This document shows positions 47,493 to 59,839 of a stretch of DNA of 64,000 nt, piece by piece. Numbering within the stretch: the stretch's first letter is position 1; every line of letters begins with the position of its first letter. Under the pieces are notes generated by a model. The model saw only the letters and a program-made list of their open reading frames with translations. It was not told where the DNA came from and ran no database searches. Source of the stretch: Gemmatimonadales bacterium (GTDB taxonomy: Bacteria > Gemmatimonadota > Gemmatimonadetes > Gemmatimonadales > GWC2-71-9). The position numbers and the translations under genes were made by a program. The stretch lies in the NCBI GenBank assembly GCA_036558125.1, contig DATBGE010000026.1, positions 17,382 to 81,381 of the forward strand, given 5' to 3'.

Positions 47493-48518
47493 GTGGAGAA
47501 TTTCTTCCCGCCTGCCCCCTGCGACGTGATCGTGGCGCTTGGCGCCTTCCTGAGCCACAACGGGGTCATTGATCCGTGGGCGGTGTTCGGAATCACCATC
47601 GGTGTGAACCTGCTCGGGACGATTGCGGTTTACGGCCTTGCCCGGAGGTTCGGGCCTGCCTTCCTCGCAAGCCGCACGGGTCGCAGGTTGCTGCCGCCAG
47701 CCGCGCTGGTGTGGATGGAGCGGGAGTACCTGCGGTTTGGGATCGCGGGAATTTTCATCAGCCGCCTCCTGCCCGGCTTCCGTTCGTTCGTCGCTCCCTT
47801 CGCCGGACTCGCGAATCTCTCCCCGGCCAAGACGCTGATCCCGATCGGGGCCGCCGCCTCGCTTTGGTACGGATTCCTGGTTTACGTGGGAGTCCAGCTG
47901 GGGGAGGAGTGGGAGGCGATCAACCGCCTCGTCTCGCGCCTCAATCGCACTCTGGCGATCATCGGCGGCCTGCTGGTAGTGGGACTGATTCTTTGGATGT
48001 TGCTCCGCCGCCGCCGCACTCGGCATGACCGACTGCGGAGCCGGTTCCAGGAAGCTCTGGCGCGAGCCGGCGCGGGCGGCAAGGACGCTACCGCCTCCGC
48101 CGGAGCCGCGACCGTCCTGTTCGAGTTGGCCCAGGGTGACCAGCAGATTCCCCGAGAAGACCTGCTGGCGATCGAAGCGAGGTTGCGTTCCGAGTGGAGC
48201 CTCGCCGAACCGTCGGATGAATCCGTCGAGGTCTCCGATCTCGCCACCCTGAAAGACACGGCCGAGCTCCGCACATTGCTCACGGAGCACTACGACCTGG
48301 GGGCCCGCCTCGAGCTGGCCGACCGCTTGCTGCGAATCGTCTCGTCCGACGGCGTCATCAGCCGGCATGAAAACCGGCTGATGCACCGTGCCGCCGACCT
48401 GCTGGGTATGACCCCCGATGACCTCGCGGAAGCCCGTCGCCGGGTCAGTGGGAGTTCGGGAACACCTGGAACGACTTCCTCGAACTCTGTCCCGCCAGGT
48501 CAAACACCGTCAACGTGA
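47493..48518 (+). CDS. DedA/SNARE-associated membrane domain fused to a TerB-like C-terminal domain (true start probably upstream, near 47415)
   Basis: VENFFPPAPCDVIVALGA matches the DedA core. The C-terminal ...LADRLLRIVSSDGVISRHENRLMHRAADLLGMTPDDL resembles TerB/DjlA-N. The in-frame upstream sequence encodes the expected first helix but has no ATG/GTG/TTG. Confidence 0.65.
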   Translation: MENFFPPAPCDVIVALGAFLSHNGVIDPWAVFGITIGVNLLGTIAVYGLARRFGPAFLASRTGRRLLPPAALVWMEREYLRFGIAGIFISRLLPGFRSFVAPFAGLANLSPAKTLIPIGAAASLWYGFLVYVGVQLGEEWEAINRLVSRLNRTLAIIGGLLVVGLILWMLLRRRRTRHDRLRSRFQEALARAGAGGKDATASAGAATVLFELAQGDQQIPREDLLAIEARLRSEWSLAEPSDESVEVSDLATLKDTAELRTLLTEHYDLGARLELADRLLRIVSSDGVISRHENRLMHRAADLLGMTPDDLAEARRRVSGSSGTPGTTSSNSVPPGQTPST

Positions 48519-50151
48519 CGGTATAGAACTGGTTTGGCGCCGAGTAGACGTGGGTCACCAGCTTTCCGCTTCCCGACTTGCCGTCTCCGAAATCCCACTT
48601 GTAGCTCCCGATTCCGACGTCGTCAGTTGAAGAGGATGCGTCGTAATCCACGGTCCCTCCGTTGGGGAAGGCGGTGAAATTCGCGACCGGAGGGTTGCCG
48701 GCCCGACCACCGGCAGCGGGCAGCGTGAACGTCTTGGTCAGCGAGCTGGTCAAGCCAGCTGCGTCCTGAACCGTCAGCCGGGCTGTAAAGCTTCCCCCAG
48801 CGGCATAATTGTGATGCGGCTGGAGTCCCGACCCGTTCGTTCCGTCGCCGAAGGCCCAGCTCTGGGAAACCACTCCCTGATCGTCCTGTGAGGTACGTGC
48901 GTCGAAGTCGCACCCCAGGGTGGTGCAGGTGAAGTCGAACCTGGCGAGCGGCGGCAGGTTGCCCGGAGTCGTACCGAACAACCCCGTGAAGAGCAGGAGG
49001 TTCGGCGTCCCGATTCCGGCGTTGCCGATCAGCCCTGCGGTTGCCGTGCTCGCGATGGCATACCGGACGTTGGCCGGAGTCGCGGTCGGATGCGTCTGCA
49101 GGTAGAGCGCAATGACCCCGGCAACATGGGGGGTGGCCATGGAGGTGCCACTCAGGACCATGGTCGCCGTATTGCTCGCATTCCAGTCGGATGTGATGGC
49201 CACCCCAGGACCAAAGATGTCAACGCAGGTGCCGAGATTGGAAAAACTGGCCCGCTGATCGTTGCTGTCGGAAGCGGCTACCGTGATCGCCGCCGGGGTG
49301 CTGGCGGGCGAGACGGTGCATGCATCCAGATTGCTGTTCCCGCCCGCGATGGCGTAGCTGACCCCCGCCTTGATCGAATTCGCCACGGCGGTGTTCAAGG
49401 CCTGTGAGAAACCGCCACCCAGGCTCATGTTCGCGACAGCCGGCTTGATCCGGTGTGCTGTGACCCAGTTGATCCCCGCGATGACTTGAGAAATCAGACC
49501 GGAGCCGGTGCAATCGAGAACCCGTACTGCATGAAGTCTCACCGCCTTGGCCACTCCGTACGTCGAGCCGCCAACCGTGCCGGCGACGTGAGTGCCGTGG
49601 CCGTGGCAATCGGTCATTCCGTTGCCATCCTGAATAGCATCGAAGCCGAACACTGCACGCCCGCCGAAGTCCACATGGGTGCGCAGGATTCCCGTGTCGA
49701 TGATGTACACGTGGACGCCGCTGCCGTTCGGTCCGACCGTGTAACTGTGGCTGAGCGGGAGGTTGCGCTGGTCGATCCGGTCCAGACCCCAGGACGGAGC
49801 GGGAGATTGGGTTCCCGAAATACTCACAACCTGATCGGGCTCCACTGCCGCCACCTCAGGATCTTTCCGAAGCTGGGCGACGTCGGACGGCTGCATTTCC
49901 ACCGCGAAGCCCCGCAAGGCGCTTTCGTAGACCGCCGTCACCCTCCCGCGATGATCCTTGCTCATCCGGGTTGCCTCCGACTGAATGTCGCGGCTGCCAG
50001 GCCGTAGAGTGATGATGTAGCGGTTGGGGATGGCGCCAGTGGGAACGGCTGCGTCGGGCACCTGCGACGCGGGGGCGGTAGGTTCGTTCTCCCGCATACA
50101 TCCGCCCAAGAGAGTGGCTGTCGCGACTAGAACGACGGTACGACGGTTCAC
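48445..50151 (-). CDS. secreted subtilisin-family (S8, proteinase K-like) serine protease with I9 propeptide and two PKD-like domains
   Basis: Lipobox-like LLGGC. Triad motifs YIIDTGI, HGTHVAGT and SGTSMATPHVAG. WGLDRIDQR. Two C-terminal repeats with W.FGDG. Confidence 0.88.
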   Translation of the reverse strand: MNRRTVVLVATATLLGGCMRENEPTAPASQVPDAAVPTGAIPNRYIITLRPGSRDIQSEATRMSKDHRGRVTAVYESALRGFAVEMQPSDVAQLRKDPEVAAVEPDQVVSISGTQSPAPSWGLDRIDQRNLPLSHSYTVGPNGSGVHVYIIDTGILRTHVDFGGRAVFGFDAIQDGNGMTDCHGHGTHVAGTVGGSTYGVAKAVRLHAVRVLDCTGSGLISQVIAGINWVTAHRIKPAVANMSLGGGFSQALNTAVANSIKAGVSYAIAGGNSNLDACTVSPASTPAAITVAASDSNDQRASFSNLGTCVDIFGPGVAITSDWNASNTATMVLSGTSMATPHVAGVIALYLQTHPTATPANVRYAIASTATAGLIGNAGIGTPNLLLFTGLFGTTPGNLPPLARFDFTCTTLGCDFDARTSQDDQGVVSQSWAFGDGTNGSGLQPHHNYAAGGSFTARLTVQDAAGLTSSLTKTFTLPAAGGRAGNPPVANFTAFPNGGTVDYDASSSTDDVGIGSYKWDFGDGKSGSGKLVTHVYSAPNQFYTVTLTVFDLAGQSSRKSFQVFPNSH

Positions 50152-50243
50152 TTGACCCTCCTGCAGAGTGAATCTGCCTCGGCTATCTATTAAACCACCG
50201 TGCTGAAGTCATTTGAGTGAGTTAGGTGTCAAACTGTCATATC

Positions 50244-50314
50244 AGTCGAATTTGCGGCTCACCGGATCAGCGTCTAGTCGAATTCCGCTTACAGTCCAGT
50301 CGAATTTCGCTGAC
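50244..50314 (+). promoter_or_regulatory. three direct repeats AGTCGAATTYCGCTNAC in the divergent protease/xer promoter region
   Basis: Copies start at 50244, 50276 and 50298 (spacing 32 and 22 bp) inside an AT-rich 189-bp intergenic region. Confidence 0.5.
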
Positions 50315-50340
50315 AGACGATTCACTTTGAGGCGTAACGT

Positions 50341-51252
50341 TTGAAACCACCCCCCGATTTGGACCGCCAGTTCCATCTGGACCGCTTTCGGGACTATCTG
50401 AGCTTCGAGGCCGGAAGCAGCGGGAATACCGTTGAGAACTATCTGCGTGACCTCCGCCGCCTGACCCAGTACGCGGCGGGCCGCAAGGTGACGGGTCCTT
50501 CGGGAATCTCCCGGACACTACTGCGCGATTTCGTCTTTGCCTTGAAAGATCTCGGCCTCAGTGCGGCCACAATTCGTCGTCAGGTCTCGGCGGTGCGGAC
50601 CTACTTTGGGTTTCTGGTCGGCGAAGGGTTGGTATCAGTCGATCCCTCCGACCGGCTCGAGACCCCGAAGCGAGGTCGGAAGCTCCCCGATACGCTGACC
50701 GTGCCGGACATGGAGGCGATCCTTGCTGCCCCTGGTGTCGAGGAGCCCCTGGCCTGGAGAGACCGGGCTCTCCTCGAGCTCGGGTACGGTGCCGGGCTCC
50801 GGGTGTCGGAGCTGTGCGGCCTCACCCTCAACAACCTCTGGCTCAACGAAGGTCTGGTTCGCGTCCTGGGGAAGGGATCAAAGGAGCGACTGGTTCCGGT
50901 CGGTCGGCAGGTGATTGGAGCCGTTTCGGTCTACCTCCACCAGGTCCGGCCCGAGCTCGACCGCGGGAAGAGCAAGGACCGAGTACTCCTCAACGTGCGA
51001 GGCCAGCCGCTCTCTCGGGTGGGCGCGTGGAGCATTGTGAAGGCCCGGGCGCGAGACGCGGGGATCCGCAAGCGGGTCACGACCCACACCCTCCGTCACA
51101 CCTTCGCGACCCATTTGCTTGAGGGCGGAGCCGATCTGCGAGCCGTGCAGGAGATGCTGGGGCACGCAGACCTCTCCACGACCCAGATCTACACTCACGT
51201 GGACCGGGAATACCTGCGATCGGTACACCGCCAGTTCCATCCTCGAGGTTGA
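50341..51252 (+). CDS. tyrosine recombinase XerC/XerD family
   Basis: The C-terminal HTLRHTFATHLLEGGADLRAVQEMLGHADLSTTQIYTHV carries the R-H-R-Y catalytic residues. TTG start. Confidence 0.85.
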   Translation: MKPPPDLDRQFHLDRFRDYLSFEAGSSGNTVENYLRDLRRLTQYAAGRKVTGPSGISRTLLRDFVFALKDLGLSAATIRRQVSAVRTYFGFLVGEGLVSVDPSDRLETPKRGRKLPDTLTVPDMEAILAAPGVEEPLAWRDRALLELGYGAGLRVSELCGLTLNNLWLNEGLVRVLGKGSKERLVPVGRQVIGAVSVYLHQVRPELDRGKSKDRVLLNVRGQPLSRVGAWSIVKARARDAGIRKRVTTHTLRHTFATHLLEGGADLRAVQEMLGHADLSTTQIYTHVDREYLRSVHRQFHPRG

Positions 51253-51270
51253 ACACTCCGTGCGGCGGTA

Positions 51271-52464
51271 TCACTTCGCAGCCGAGGATCGCAGAATCGT
51301 CCTGATGTGAGCGCGCTGAGAGCTGTACAAGGCCGCACCATATCCCGCAGCTACCACCGACATCACCAGCCTCAACCCGCTTCCTCTAGTTCCCAGGTGA
51401 ATGGCGGAGGCTGCTTCCAGCATTCCAGCACATGCAGCGCCACGGAGTGCAGTGAGAGACACCAGCAGCCGCATTGGCTCTTCACGACGGCCCCGTTGTT
51501 CGGCGAGGCCATAGCCCAGTAGAGTGAAGCCGGCGATGTACTCCAGGAGACCCATGACCCCTTCGGTCGAGACGTGTTCCAGCTCCGGCACCAGCCTCCA
51601 TTCCGGAGCCCAGTGCCAGGAGTGCAGCGCCGGTGGCCACACCGCCAGAAGAAACAAGTAGGCGAGAAACGCCGGAATGATTCGGTTGAGCGCCGCGCCT
51701 TCGAACCGTCGGTCGGCGGCAGCGTTTCGGCTGGGCATCAGACAGAAGAGGGCGGTGGCAACCGCAATGGCGGTCGTGCCTAGCGCGAGGTGGATGGGGG
51801 TTACAACAAATCCCGGCAGAGCTCCAACCAGAAAGCCCAGCGCTGCAACGAGCGCGGTGCCCAATGCGCTGATCGCGCCCGCCGGCCCGAAGCGGTGGCG
51901 ATAAAGACTCGAGAGGACGGCCGCGCCGATGAAACCAATGAACATGGTCAACACCCAGCGGCCCGGCTGGCTCCGGCTCGCGAAGCTGCTGACCCAGAGG
52001 AGCGGAACCAGCAGGTACAAGAGCCCCATCATCGGGAGTTCGAGCGCCAGGCGGTCAACCACGCCGGGAGTCAGCTGAATCCGGGATTCGATGCCCTCCA
52101 GCAGGAGGGCGCCCAGAAACGCGCCGAACGAGTTGGTCGCCACATCTACCGGAGAAGGAAACCGACCGGGCAGAAACATCTGGCTGGTTTCGATCAACCC
52201 ACTCAGAACCGCACCCAGAACCAAGACGATCGCGAGACTGCCGAGCTTTGGGCCGAGTGTCAGGCGCGTGAGGAAGCCCAACGGCACGAAGAGCAGGATA
52301 TTGGCTAGGACGTCCTCGACGTTGATGGCGAGCGAAATGACAATCCGGTCGGGTTCCCGGAATTCATATGGCGCCAGGGTGACCAGCAGCGTCACCAGCG
52401 TCAGATAACCGAGCCACGCCGTCGCCAGGCTGGTTCCCGTGGCGCTGTCCGTGCGCTCAGGCAA
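51271..52464 (-). CDS. VanZ-like domain membrane protein with long polytopic C-terminal extension
   Basis: ANILLFVPLGFL VanZ motif in the N-terminal part, followed by about 8 more hydrophobic helices. The TTG at 52464 gives an 8-nt overlap with the upstream gene. An alternative ATG lies at 52542. Confidence 0.6.
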   Translation of the reverse strand: MPERTDSATGTSLATAWLGYLTLVTLLVTLAPYEFREPDRIVISLAINVEDVLANILLFVPLGFLTRLTLGPKLGSLAIVLVLGAVLSGLIETSQMFLPGRFPSPVDVATNSFGAFLGALLLEGIESRIQLTPGVVDRLALELPMMGLLYLLVPLLWVSSFASRSQPGRWVLTMFIGFIGAAVLSSLYRHRFGPAGAISALGTALVAALGFLVGALPGFVVTPIHLALGTTAIAVATALFCLMPSRNAAADRRFEGAALNRIIPAFLAYLFLLAVWPPALHSWHWAPEWRLVPELEHVSTEGVMGLLEYIAGFTLLGYGLAEQRGRREEPMRLLVSLTALRGAACAGMLEAASAIHLGTRGSGLRLVMSVVAAGYGAALYSSQRAHIRTILRSSAAK

Positions 52465-54166
52465 GCTCGGAGAGATCCAGCGAATCGAATCTGCCGCCCA
52501 GCCAGTCGAGCAGCAGGAATGCTTCGAGCACGAGAGCTGCAACCGCCAGCAGAGTCGCCGGAATCAGTGCTGCCCAACCCCACGACGGATAGACCAGCAG
52601 GGCGATAGCGTAGCCGATCACGGCAGGCGGCAACGCAGCCAGCACGAGCAACAGAAGGCACAGCGTGCCGGAAATCAGGTGCTGTCCCAGAGCTTCGACT
52701 CCCCCGGGCCGCATGTCGGTGCGTACCCAGGCTGGAAACAGCAGTGCTCCCGCATTCTGGATTCCCATCGCGACGACATTGAGCGCCGGGACGACAAACG
52801 CGGCCACGACCAGTCCGCGGACGACGTAACCCGGAGTCAACCCCATCCGAGTCGCCCCCAGCGCTCCGATCGCAGTGACGGCCAGCAACATGAGCTGATA
52901 AAGCGAGAGCACCACCGCCGAGGAGATTACTTCCCCGGTCATGAGCGTCGTGCCCGACACGGGGAAGGTCCGGAGTACCGATAGACGCGTCAGATCGGCC
53001 CGTAGATCGTTGCGAATCCACTGTGGGCCGAAGAAGACCAGGAGTACCACCCAGGAAGCTCCCAGAGCAAAGAGGATGGAGGATGCCCCTTCACGGCCAT
53101 CGCCCACTGCGCCGATCGCCGCACCAACCACCAATACCACGACCGCCGCGAAAAGCATGGAAGGCCGGTCCTCGCGCACTGTCTTGCTGAGGTTCTTCCA
53201 GACCAGCGCGGGTATCGGGTGGCCCGAAGGACTCAGGGGGAGACTCAAGCGGACTCGTCCTTCCTGGGGAATGGCCGGCCGGCCTTCCCGTCTCCAACGC
53301 TCCATCAGCTCGGCCCTGCGTTGACTGGCCTCGATCGCCGCTTCCTCGAATCCCCGGTCAGCCCGGATCACCCAGATCAGGTGCAGCGCAAGCAAGCCCG
53401 CAGCCGGCCCTATCGCATGGGCCCAGGTCGAAAGCGTGGTCGCCATGACCGGCGCGAGCAGCAGCCGGAATGGGAAAAGCAAGGCATGTCCCGCCGGAGT
53501 TCCGAGCCAGTCCCAGCCGCGGCGGAGTAACTCGAGGGACGATCCTCCGGGAAGAGCCAGTCCAACACCTGACAGCTGAACGCCGAGCAAAGCCGCGATA
53601 AGAATGATCAGGATGCCCATGACGGCTGCGCCAAACGCCCTGGGCCGGCTGCGAACTCGTTCGCTGGCTTCCGAGCGCACTAAAGCCGCACCTAACCGAT
53701 GGAGGAACAAGGTCGAGAAAAGCACCCACAGTGCGAACGCGTGCAGCACGGTGGCGGAGCCCGAGCTGCTCCGGCGCATGAGTAACGTCCACACCAGAAC
53801 GTTCACGAGCAGAAGAACCTGAGCCCGGAGCAGCTTGAACAGAATGAGTTGGCGTCGGGTTACCGGGGCGGGGAAGAGGAACTGGATTTCCGCCGGACTG
53901 AAGGCCAGGGCCGTTCGGTCGGCTCCGAAAACCCACCAGCGGAGGACCGCGAGCAGCAGCAGGAGAGCCCCAACCCGATTCGCCGTCTCGATTCCAGCTG
54001 GGGAGCGGCCGGGGCTGAGATGCCGCAGGCCCAGGAAGAACCAGAGATACCCTGCACCCAGCAGAAGCGCGGTGACGTATCGTGGACTGGTCAGTTTCCG
54101 GAGCCGCACCAGCAGCCAGTTCTTGAGGCTCCGGGAAACCAGGTAGATCGCCGCGTCGATCATCAA
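52457..54166 (-). CDS. large polytopic membrane protein, probable permease partner of the upstream ABC ATPase
   Basis: 569 aa with more than 10 hydrophobic helices. 4-nt overlap with the ATPase gene. The N-terminus (YLVSRSLKNWLLVRLRKL) is reminiscent of the putative ABC-exporter family. Confidence 0.6.
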   Translation of the reverse strand: MMIDAAIYLVSRSLKNWLLVRLRKLTSPRYVTALLLGAGYLWFFLGLRHLSPGRSPAGIETANRVGALLLLLAVLRWWVFGADRTALAFSPAEIQFLFPAPVTRRQLILFKLLRAQVLLLVNVLVWTLLMRRSSSGSATVLHAFALWVLFSTLFLHRLGAALVRSEASERVRSRPRAFGAAVMGILIILIAALLGVQLSGVGLALPGGSSLELLRRGWDWLGTPAGHALLFPFRLLLAPVMATTLSTWAHAIGPAAGLLALHLIWVIRADRGFEEAAIEASQRRAELMERWRREGRPAIPQEGRVRLSLPLSPSGHPIPALVWKNLSKTVREDRPSMLFAAVVVLVVGAAIGAVGDGREGASSILFALGASWVVLLVFFGPQWIRNDLRADLTRLSVLRTFPVSGTTLMTGEVISSAVVLSLYQLMLLAVTAIGALGATRMGLTPGYVVRGLVVAAFVVPALNVVAMGIQNAGALLFPAWVRTDMRPGGVEALGQHLISGTLCLLLLVLAALPPAVIGYAIALLVYPSWGWAALIPATLLAVAALVLEAFLLLDWLGGRFDSLDLSELA

Positions 54167-54933
54167 CGCACCGAGTGCGGGGAGTCGGTCAGCGCCAGGA
54201 AGAGGTCCTCCAGCCCGCGTCCCGCGAGATCCGGTCGCTCGGCGGCGATCTCCGCCATCGATCCCAGGGCGACGATACGACCATGCTGGATGATCAGGAC
54301 CTTGCTGCAGAGTTCTTCCACCAGGGGAAGCAGGTGCGAGCTTAGAATTACCGCGGCACCCCGTTGCGCCCGAGTCGCGATCGTCGCTTTCATCCTCCGG
54401 ATCCCCATTGGGTCGAGACCGGTCAGCGGCTCATCCAACAGGATGACTCTCGGGTCATGCAGCAATCCGCAGGCAATCGCCAGCTTCTGCTTCATGCCGC
54501 GGGACAGGGCATTGGCCAGAGTCCGGCGTTTGCCGGCCAGCTCCAGCTCCTCCAGCAGCGTGTCGATATCATCCGGCGCAGGCGAGGCACCATAGAGGCG
54601 GGCGGTAAAGACCAGATGCTCCTCTACCGTCAAGTAGTCGAAGAGCTGGGGCTCATCCGGAATGAATGCCAGCTGGGCCTTGGCTTTAATGGGCTCCGTC
54701 GCCAGGTCGAACCCAGCCAGCCTGACCCGGCCGTGGGTGGGGGGAATCACCCCCGAGAGGCACCGCAGGGTAGTAGTCTTCCCAGCCCCATTGGGGCCCA
54801 CCAAACCCAGGATCTCACCAGGTCCCAATGCGAACGTTAGATCTTGCACGGCGGGAAAATCACCGTACAGCTTGGTAAGATCAGCTGCCTCAATGAGTCG
54901 GTCCCCTGGGGTGAAACTTGGCGGCCGTTCCAT
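54163..54933 (-). CDS. ABC transporter ATP-binding protein (ABC-2/DrrA-like)
   Basis: Walker A GPNGAGKTTT, signature LSRGMKQK, Walker B ILLDEPLTGLD. Confidence 0.9.
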   Translation of the reverse strand: MERPPSFTPGDRLIEAADLTKLYGDFPAVQDLTFALGPGEILGLVGPNGAGKTTTLRCLSGVIPPTHGRVRLAGFDLATEPIKAKAQLAFIPDEPQLFDYLTVEEHLVFTARLYGASPAPDDIDTLLEELELAGKRRTLANALSRGMKQKLAIACGLLHDPRVILLDEPLTGLDPMGIRRMKATIATRAQRGAAVILSSHLLPLVEELCSKVLIIQHGRIVALGSMAEIAAERPDLAGRGLEDLFLALTDSPHSVR

Positions 54934-54984
54934 TCGTCTCCTTTTGCAACACTATCGCGCCGGCTATAATCCCGGACAGATCGT

Positions 54985-55869
54985 ATGAGAAACTACTGGA
55001 TCAAGATTGCTCTAGGTGCCCTAGCCGTTTTCGCGGTAGGGATGGTGATCGTCACCGGCATCAGGAAAACCAAGGCCAAGTTCACCAACACCCTTGAGAG
55101 CACTGACCCGATCTCACTGCCAATTGCGTTCCTGCCGTTCCGCCTCGAAGGAACCAAGCTTGGCTCCCTCGACAAGGTGGTGCTGCTTCGGGACCAGCCC
55201 AATCAGGTCTCCGGGGTACGGGTAGTCGTCGACTTGGCCGACAGCGTTCACGCCGAGAAGTTCCAGAATTGCCTCCTCGTAGTTGACGACGTCGAGCACA
55301 TCAACGAGAAGAGCAGCTTCCGGTGTGAGAAAGGCGACACCACCGGCGCTCGTCTGGCCCAGTTTGGATACGTGCACTTCAAGAACACGGGCGACAGCGT
55401 CGCGCTTCTGCTCCCGGCTCACTCGGTGGAAGAACTGAAGAAAGTCCGGTTCAATCTCAACAACCACGGCTTCTCCATCACCTCTGCTGACGATTCCCTG
55501 GCGGATGCAGTTGAGAGCAGGATGGATGCCCGGTCGGACTCGGTGGACGAACTGAGGGACTTGGCGGATCAATTTGAGGATTCTGCGGCTCAGGCTCCCC
55601 AGGCCCAGCGGCCCAAGCTCCAGCGCAAGGCCGATTCGGTCCGGATCGTCATGCGCGCCATGGTGGATCGGATGAAAGCCGACGAGACCCAGCTTGACGC
55701 ACTTCGCAATCACGGCGGCACCGATTTCTCGGATCCCGACTCCGCCGCGGCCTACGGGAAGCGGATCGCCGATTCGGTTAAGAGAGAGGTAGATCGGGAG
55801 CTGCGGCGAAAGGGAGTAACCAAGGTCTCTCCCACTCCGACGCCGTCACCGCCGACGCCACCTAACTAG
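54985..55869 (+). CDS. membrane-anchored hypothetical protein with acidic/coiled-coil C-terminal half and Pro-rich tail
   Basis: N-terminal helix IKIALGALAVFAVGMVIVTGI. No family recognised. The tail is SPTPTPSPPTPPN. Confidence 0.5.
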   Translation: MRNYWIKIALGALAVFAVGMVIVTGIRKTKAKFTNTLESTDPISLPIAFLPFRLEGTKLGSLDKVVLLRDQPNQVSGVRVVVDLADSVHAEKFQNCLLVVDDVEHINEKSSFRCEKGDTTGARLAQFGYVHFKNTGDSVALLLPAHSVEELKKVRFNLNNHGFSITSADDSLADAVESRMDARSDSVDELRDLADQFEDSAAQAPQAQRPKLQRKADSVRIVMRAMVDRMKADETQLDALRNHGGTDFSDPDSAAAYGKRIADSVKREVDRELRRKGVTKVSPTPTPSPPTPPN

Positions 55870-55870
55870 C

Positions 55871-56488
55871 ATGATCCTGGTTCTCGACAACTACGACAGC
55901 TTCACCTACAACCTGGTACAGTACGTGGGTGAGTTGGGCGGTGACCCGGTGGTCTACCGCAACGATGCCCTGACCCCCGCCGAGGCGATGCGGCTTGCCC
56001 CGGCGGGGATCATCATTTCTCCCGGTCCCGGCACCCCAGTGCAAGCCGGGATCTCGATCCCCCTGGTTCGAGCAGCCGCGGCTGCCGGAGTGCCTCTCCT
56101 TGGAGTCTGTCTCGGCCATCAGGCCATCGGTGCGGCTTTCTCGGGGAGGATTGAGCGGGCCGACCGCCTGATGCACGGCAAGACAACAAGCGTCACTCAT
56201 GTTGGATCGGACGTTTTTCAAGGGCTCCCCAACCCCGTCACGGTGATGCGGTATCACTCGCTTGTCGTTTCCTCGAATGCGTTCCCCCCGGAGCTCGAGA
56301 TGACGGCGTGGTCCATGGACCGGCCGCGTGGCCACGAAATCATGGGCCTGCGGCACCGGACTCAGCCGATTTTTGGGGTACAATTCCATCCCGAATCGGT
56401 CGCGACCGAGGGGGGCCACACCCTGATTACCAACTTTCTGCGCCTGACCAACGGATTCGCCTCGGCAGTCCTCGGCAGTAAGTCGTAA
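55871..56488 (+). CDS. anthranilate/aminodeoxychorismate synthase glutamine amidotransferase component
   Basis: MILVLDNYDSFTYNLVQY N-terminus, catalytic GVCLGHQAIG, FHPES. Confidence 0.88.
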   Translation: MILVLDNYDSFTYNLVQYVGELGGDPVVYRNDALTPAEAMRLAPAGIIISPGPGTPVQAGISIPLVRAAAAAGVPLLGVCLGHQAIGAAFSGRIERADRLMHGKTTSVTHVGSDVFQGLPNPVTVMRYHSLVVSSNAFPPELEMTAWSMDRPRGHEIMGLRHRTQPIFGVQFHPESVATEGGHTLITNFLRLTNGFASAVLGSKS

Positions 56489-56584
56489 CTCCTTTAGCCT
56501 TGGGCTGATAGCCCACCGCGCAAGCCCCCGAGTCAAGCTCGGCACGACTTTTGACAGGGCCGCGCGGTTCTATTACGTTCGGAA

Positions 56585-59821
<3,237 letters not shown>

Positions 59822-59839
59822 GCAGGGTGCCGGCTGTCC

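Noticed and set aside
50341-51252. Tyrosine recombinase as a marker of an integrated mobile element or genomic island
   Set aside because: The sequence has the XerC/XerD housekeeping pattern and size. There is no adjacent tRNA, no flanking direct repeats that I could see, and no phage, plasmid or transposase genes.
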